A stretch of DNA of 64,000 bases, from NCBI GenBank assembly GCA_040437565.1, contig JBDOQK010000056.1:124001-188000 (forward strand), written 5' to 3'. The notes beneath the pieces were generated by a model. The model searched no databases. It had not been told where the DNA came from and worked only from the letters and a program-made list of their open reading frames with translations. This document shows, in pieces, positions 57,474 through 64,000 of this stretch (its first letter is position 1; each line of letters opens with the position of its first letter). Source of the DNA: Albugo candida. Taxonomy: Eukaryota. A program made the position numbers and the translations under genes.

Positions 57474-58064
57474 ATGGATCAAACGCGTCATGAAGGGCTT
57501 GCTTGTCAAGTAAATGAGGATGATGCAAGGGATATTTTGGAGCAACTAGGCTATATTCCGAACAATTTGGTACGAGTCGCTAGTTACACATCTAAAGCAG
57601 ATGATCACAAGGTCGCAGTGGTATTATTATATCCTCTAAAGAGTGATTTGAAAGCATACAAAGCAAAGCAACGAACAGCTATCGAGCCCTTCCCGACAAT
57701 TTACTGGCTTGTCTCTAAAGATTTGAAAGCCCGAGTATCTTTACTGGAGAGCCAAGGCAAACTTCAGGAAATTCAGCAAAGATTGAAACTCAGCATAGAA
57801 GCGCTCGCGTCTATAAAGTCGAGCCATGAGCAATATGCCTCGATGCGGTGGAATATGCTGACGGAAAACGATAAGTTTCTGGTCGAGAAAATGAAATGGA
57901 GGTATCCATTACAGAACGTAGGTATCGGTGGCATCCAAGACTTTACGTATGTCAAGTGTCTTCACGTGCATTACGCTCACTATTTGGGATCAAACGGAAA
58001 AGAAAACATCATCGGACACTGGGTCCAAGAGCTTTTGGATGGCCAACTCTCATCTGACTTTTAG
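57474..58064 (+). CDS. DUF501 family protein; single exon
   Basis: EQLGY, EPFPTIYWL, VSLLESQG, HEQYASMRW, GIGGI, YVKCLHVHYAHYL, NIIG. Confidence 0.85.
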   Translation: MDQTRHEGLACQVNEDDARDILEQLGYIPNNLVRVASYTSKADDHKVAVVLLYPLKSDLKAYKAKQRTAIEPFPTIYWLVSKDLKARVSLLESQGKLQEIQQRLKLSIEALASIKSSHEQYASMRWNMLTENDKFLVEKMKWRYPLQNVGIGGIQDFTYVKCLHVHYAHYLGSNGKENIIGHWVQELLDGQLSSDF

Positions 58065-58071
58065 ACTTGCT

Positions 58072-58094
58072 GATTGGGTATATATGAACCAATC
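58072..58094. promoter_or_regulatory. Oppositely oriented CCAAT boxes in the 55-bp DUF501-CABIN1 spacer
   Basis: GATTGG at 58072 and CCAATC at 58089. Confidence 0.45.
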
Positions 58095-58119
58095 ATCTGT
58101 ACGATTTGGCTAGCCTCTG

Positions 58120-61100
58120 ATGGCGAATTGGACAGCGCTTAATTCCGACTTAATTGATGTCAATGTACTCGAACAGAAAGAAACCAAAGAAGCACAAGAA
58201 TCGAGACATAAAGAGCTTTATGAGAAAGCTCTCCGCCTACAGAAAGAACAGGTAGCAAATTCTCGTTTTTTAGAGTAATAAAGAGAATTAATGTATTATA
58301 CGCAGCCAATGCGAGCGAAAGAAATCTATTACAACCTTTTGTCGGTAAGCTATCAATTCTCTCAGTGGTATCAAATGCTCACGTAAAAGTGCAGGAATGC
58401 CAACTCCAAGATCATCTTGCCTATTTATGTAATAAAAACCTAGCTTCATTAGCATTCGAAAACAACCAGTATCCGATATCTCTGAAACTTTATGCAAGTG
58501 CTCTGAAATATGATACTACCGATGTTCTCATTTGGTACCACATGGGACAATGTGCCATGGAAAACGGAGAGTAAGTTAATAAAAAGGTATTTATCAATTT
58601 ATACAGGCAATTAATTGCATTCCATCTTCCTCAGTTTATGGCTCGCTCGGCATCTTTTGGAACAAGGAGTCCACCAAGACCATACATTCTGGCCGATATT
58701 ACAGCAATTATGCAAAGTTTTGTATCTGATTGGAGATACTTTTGTGTATAATCACATTGCGTCGTATTTGCTTTCGTATGACACAACCAACCCATTCCTC
58801 CGTTTGATGAACCAGAAATTGATCGAGAAGAGCCGACGGACGTCCTTGTCACAAGACGTAGCGATACTTGAGCCATATGAAGCGACCCAAAGGCCAACGA
58901 GTAACCACTCCGGAAGATTGAAACTCGCGCAAGACGACCTCACTCACTATGAAGCGATTTGGCAAACCCGAAAGAGAAGACGAACAACTCCTTCTCAAAA
59001 ATCGCAAAATACTCTAACCGCTCCGTTTCAAACGTATACGCTCACTCACTTGTCGTGGAAGTCGCTCGGAGTAGCTTTATTAGAAGCCTTGAACGATCTT
59101 TTGAGTCTAAAAGAAGAAGAAATGTGGACATCATACTCAATTCGTCAAGAAACCATTCAAATTTCCTGGGATATCGCTGATCCACCCGAGAAAAGGATCA
59201 CTGCGGACTCGGAGGCGGAGAATAACGTTCAATTCAAACCAGCTGATTGTCCTTTACCCGAAATTGTTCTTCGCCCAGCAGAGTCGATAGAAACCAATCA
59301 AGTCGACTCATTACTCCTTCCTGAACGTCGAAAATCCCGAAGGCATCAAGATCGATTGCGTGAAGAGCATCAGGCCGCCATAAAAACTGCGAGAGAAAAA
59401 GACATTGCATTCCAACTCGGGAAATTCATTGGCGTTGACAACTTGTTTGTCGAGGAAACGTGCACAAAGACCACAGAGAACAATTGTTTCGCTTATTGGA
59501 AGCAATATACCGACTCGCTGACAATCACACACAAAAACGAGCAATTTCGGCTTTGTCTTCGAGATGAGACAGAAATTCAGTGCCGCTGCTTCACTGTCGA
59601 AAAATGCGACACGGAGAATAAAATTCCAATTCCGACGCTCACAAATTCCGAACAACGAAACGAAATCAACAGCAAACACGTTATTGAATTTCTCAATCGA
59701 ATAGGTCGAAATCTCTCAACAAAAAGAGCAGAGGTCAACATTCTGCAAGCAATTTTCGAATATCTCATTGCTTGTGGAGAATTTGCGCACACGAAACTCG
59801 AGTCAGACTTTGACGCAACTCCTTCCTTTCGTGACATTTGCATTTGGAACTACTCGCTACTCAATATTTGCCTTCACGGAAAGCCGTCGGATCCAAAGCC
59901 AACGTACCGCATATCGGTCGAGTTTGCCACCAACACGGACGATTGTCATGCGTTCTCTCTGCCTTTCCACGCCAAAGTATTCTCCCTCGAGCTTGAGATC
60001 GATCGGTATCTGGAGACATCAAAATCACTCTCTCGAAAACGCATCCGACCGAATCATTTGATTGCACAGACGCAAGCACTTGTCGTGGAGTATTGTCTGA
60101 AAGGAAAAGACTCCAACACACTCGTTCGTCTATTTTGGCTGCTGGGCAGTCTCTACGAGAGCGTGGAAAGCTGGGAAGAAAGCACCCATTACTTCTCTCA
60201 GTGTCTCACGACGTTAGCTGAGAAAGAATGTATACTGAGACTTCCACATCGCTCTTTGAATCCTGTCATTTCAATCAAAACTCTTGGCGAAAAACTACAG
60301 GCAATGGCGTTCACCACGCAATACGCTCATGCGAAAGTATGCTTTTCCAATCGCCAATATGCTCACGTAATCGAATGTCTCCAGAGATACTTTTTCCCAG
60401 CAAATGCTCAACCACAATGGGACAATATCTTGGGCTCGGATGGTCGTCAACCGCTGCGATTGTTTTGGACGTGTGTTCGGCATTCCAGCGACACGGAGAC
60501 TCAGCAATCAATGCTCAGTACGCTTCTATTTCAGCTCATTCGATTCATTTTCAACGCTTTGCAAAACGAGCGTTCAATGGAGGAATTTGGACGCGCGTTC
60601 GATGCGATCGAATGGCTGCTTCAAATCGCTTCCAAAAGCAAATGTGCGTACAAACAAACAGACGAACGCAACATTTTGGAAACGTGCTGTGTGAAAATGA
60701 TCGAATCTCTCGCAATTTTACTCCTTTCAAATCCTTCCAAAGCGTTTAAGCGAATTTGTAGCATTCTTTCCAAAGCTCAAACGACCGAATCGATGGAACG
60801 TGTGAGAAAACTCGCGTATCAAACTTTCTGTCGCGTTCGAAAAGAGACATTCGCGTTGGATAGCTTTGTTTCCAGCGTCAGTCCGCCCCAAGGAACAGAG
60901 TTGATCGCCTCCTACGACCGCCACAAAGAAGAACTGATGCTTCAAGTCCTCGAGGTCTTCAATGAGATCACGATCGTTCTCATGGAGCGAGGAATACCGC
61001 CATCGAATCCACCTTCCAACATATTTCTACTCGAATGCTGCAGACTTCTCAAGGAAGAAGAACGGAAATTAGCGTTACATGGAGAAAAAACGGCGTCGTT

Positions 61101-63933
61101 ATTCCTTCAGGCTGCGATCGCATTCGTTTTATTGCAATATATAAATCTCTGTGCTCAACAGTTTGCATCGGCAATTCATTTCATCGATTCCATCGCATTT
61201 CTGCACGAGAAACTCGCAGGATACACGCAATGTTGCATTCCAAACACCGCACCATTCTCACAGCCAAATACTCGATCGTTTGCCAGTGTGAGTCTCCAAC
61301 TGCTGGAGAAAATGCCGTGGAGATTAGAGTCAGAGGTTCCGTCTGGAAGTCGTATGGATCCCCACGATAAGCTTCTGGAAGCAGTAATGGCACAATGTTT
61401 TCGATGTTTATACGACGTACAATTACTCCCGAATTTGGACGATCATCACACCAAACGCGAGCTCACTGAATTGGATCTCAATGATGTCTTTCGTGTCTCC
61501 CAATTTGCCTTTCGGATACTGCTGACATACCCTCCAAAATCGACGTCGCAAAAGCGTGAGAATACCAAGTTATTAAATGCTGTGCGAGACGCATTGATGG
61601 CGAATTCTCCGCCTTTGGACGATCATACGCTCGTGTCCATATGTAAGATCGCGAAGGCGTCGACGCTCTGCCTCGAGCGTTCTGGAAGAGAAGCTGTGTG
61701 GACATACTTGGAGTTGGATGGCTTTGGAGCGTTAGTATCGCCCACCGACGCGTTGTGGAAGACAGCGGTGCATACGGTCGATGCGATTCGCTCGGAAGCG
61801 GTCGATGAGAAGCAGAGCAAAAGTGTATGGTTCTTGAGCCATTTATGGTATCTCATGGGTGAAAATGATACGATTCCACGCCGAACGCGCGGATCAGCGA
61901 CTGATTTACGCGATTTACACACATTGGAAAGCCGAATGAAGTGCCGGCTTTCATACTTTCTGACAGATGTGTTGCATTTCCATCCGGAAAGAAGAGCTTC
62001 GTGGGTGGAGATTTCCCGCTTGGCTCGAGATTTGTACCTCGCTGTGATGGACACAATGCTTATCTTTTTTGGACGACATACGACATTGAACGTTCTCCAA
62101 GCGCTTTGGCAACGAGCAGTGACGGAAAAGGATGTCATATCGATTGCAAATTTGCATGAAAAAGTGCTTCAATTTGATATTTCGCAAGCGTTCGATCGAT
62201 GGAATCGCATCCAATCGGAGACATTGCAGTCACGCGACCACGCGTTCTCTTTAGAGAAACACATTGGACGATGCTGTCTCCTGTTAGCGGAACTCGCATG
62301 GCGGAGCTGTACGCTGGCGGCAGCATTAGGCGATCCAATGAGATCAGTAAAGTCGTTACTCGATGTGGAACCTCGTCATACGACTTTGGAAATGACCATT
62401 GAGTGTCTCGAGGAAGCAGGCTTACTTCTGTACGGTTTGGTGCAAGACACAGCGCTCGACGCACCTTTGGTCTGTGAGAATGTACCGCATCGAAAACACG
62501 AAAGACTTCCGATGCAATTAGTGCGTCAGGCGCTTTGGATGATGGAATTCGCACTGCAAATGAACAATCTTCGAAGTATGCATTTACGCCAAAGTCGCAA
62601 TGATATAAGTATCGACGCATTTGCATATGAAATGACATTCCGACTCGAGTACATTGCTGGAAAACTCGCAAAAAAACTATGGAAATGGCAATGTAGTAGC
62701 GATGTCACGCAAACGCAGCGCATCTTGCGTTATTGGGTCCATGCAGACGGAGCTCGGGTCCTTGGGAAATTGGAACAACACGGCTATGGGCTCCTGCATG
62801 CGTTCTACGCAATTCAGTCGTTCCGACTCCAATTACTGCTTTCGTATCCCAACGACCTGAAGCAATTGCACGTCGTATTGACGCATTCTTACGCATCGGA
62901 AGCGTCCGAGTATCAAGTCGTGAAATCCATCAGACAGCCCGAGTCCACAGACCTCGAAGACTTGACGCTCGAGACAATTGCGCGTCAACCGCTTGAATTA
63001 TATTCTGCCGAAATGATCGGTAAGATTCGAGCCTTTGCGTTCCTCAACATTTTGGACGCGCTAGAATACGTCTGTACGCAAGATCGATACTTCCATTCGG
63101 CTCATTACACAATGGCGAAAGCATATCATTACGCACTTTTATTCTCCGGTTTCCTTGTGATGAAATGTCCCGGACGCATGGACACCAATACGTCGGCAAA
63201 GAACGCATTGTCGGAGAAAGATTTGCGGTATTTCATCCGCACGCTCGAAAATCGATCGAGAAGACATTCCGAAGCGATTCGAGAGCCTGTGGCTTCTCAG
63301 GTACAGCTGCTGGGTCTAAGTAACGCGCTCGACTGCATGGCGTCTTTGTTTGATAAGAAACGATCTCAGGTCGTTGCTGTGTGGTTTACGGAATCCATCG
63401 CACCGATCAAAAAGTTTGACGGACTCAATCAGCGCCAAGCAAAGTACGACGGCTATCGACTTCGATATTGGGCCTTTTACCTCCATCTTTTACAGCAGCA
63501 CGACGCGTATGGACGACTGAATGAGCTGACAATGTGGGCGTCTGCGTGTAAGGAACAACACGATGTGGTCGGATTCATGCTGGAAAGCGTCCTCCACGCT
63601 CGAGCGGATGTGTTGGAGAAGCGATTTGAACAAGAGTCCTGCGATTTCGATCGGACGAAAGCGCTTAGTAAAGTGTACGGCTTTTACGTCGACGTATCTC
63701 TCTCTCTCCATCGAATCGAACGTACGTCGAAAATGCGCTTGAAAGAACGCTCCGAAAAACTTCTCATCCGTCACACACAATTTGTGTGTCCGTCGACAGA
63801 CAAAATGACATCACACGAGTGGAAAGAGATCGTTTGTATCGCACGACAGAAATGTGAGGCGCTTTGGCCCGAGCGTACGGGGAAATCCAAGCACGTAAAG
63901 CCTCGTGTCAAAGCTCAAGACGGAGGCTATTGA
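58120..63933 (+). CDS. CABIN1: Calcineurin-binding protein CABIN1/Hir3-like (HIRA complex), multi-exon 5' end
   Basis: MANWTALN...ETKEAQESRHKELYEKALRLQK, YLCNKNLASL, ALKYDTTDVLIWYHMG, LARHLLEQG...FWP, ERRKSRR, QCFRCLYD and EYIAGKLAKK, followed by a 1772-aa ORF. Confidence 0.85.
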
Positions 63934-64000
63934 CGGATGTCTATATAAAGAATCTATTCAGATAAGGCTCCGAGAACCCCGCTGACGTCCTGGAAGATGT

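Overview
Gene-dense eukaryotic scaffold (roughly 44% GC by eye) with very short GT-AG introns (about 40-70 nt), tiny intergenic spacers and 100-N placeholder gaps. Gene content and style point to a flagellated oomycete, most like Albugo; this is inference. About 31 genes can be supported: an intronless outer-arm beta-type dynein heavy chain running off the left edge, BBS5, ATG3, two Nudix hydrolases flanking a lumazine synthase, a PX protein, a polyprenyl diphosphate synthase, a delta-9 desaturase, PPIP5K/Vip1, a SAP30-PHD fusion, a hidden 9-exon PTD/SPO16-like gene, an ATP-grasp_ST protein, ankyrin, SDS3 and EF-hand proteins, PMS2, KAE1, HIS1, an ABCB transporter, LAMTOR5-like, eRF1, a BK/Slo-like channel, kinesin, ALG13, ISY1, COX4-like, TTC12, DUF501 and CABIN1. 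The most unusual items are: (1) a full-length ABCB with both ATPase sites degenerate; (2) a BK-like channel 3 kb away with no TVGYG filter; (3) a SAP30 Sin3-binding domain fused to an ING-type PHD finger, with SDS3 nearby; (4) a lumazine synthase with Cys-Pro motifs and a tail anchor; (5) the PTD/SPO16-like gene, which the ORF track misses. Most duplications beside the gaps are assembly overlaps, but two carry real sequence differences that suggest diverged haplotypes. Family calls come from motif recognition only; no database searches were run.
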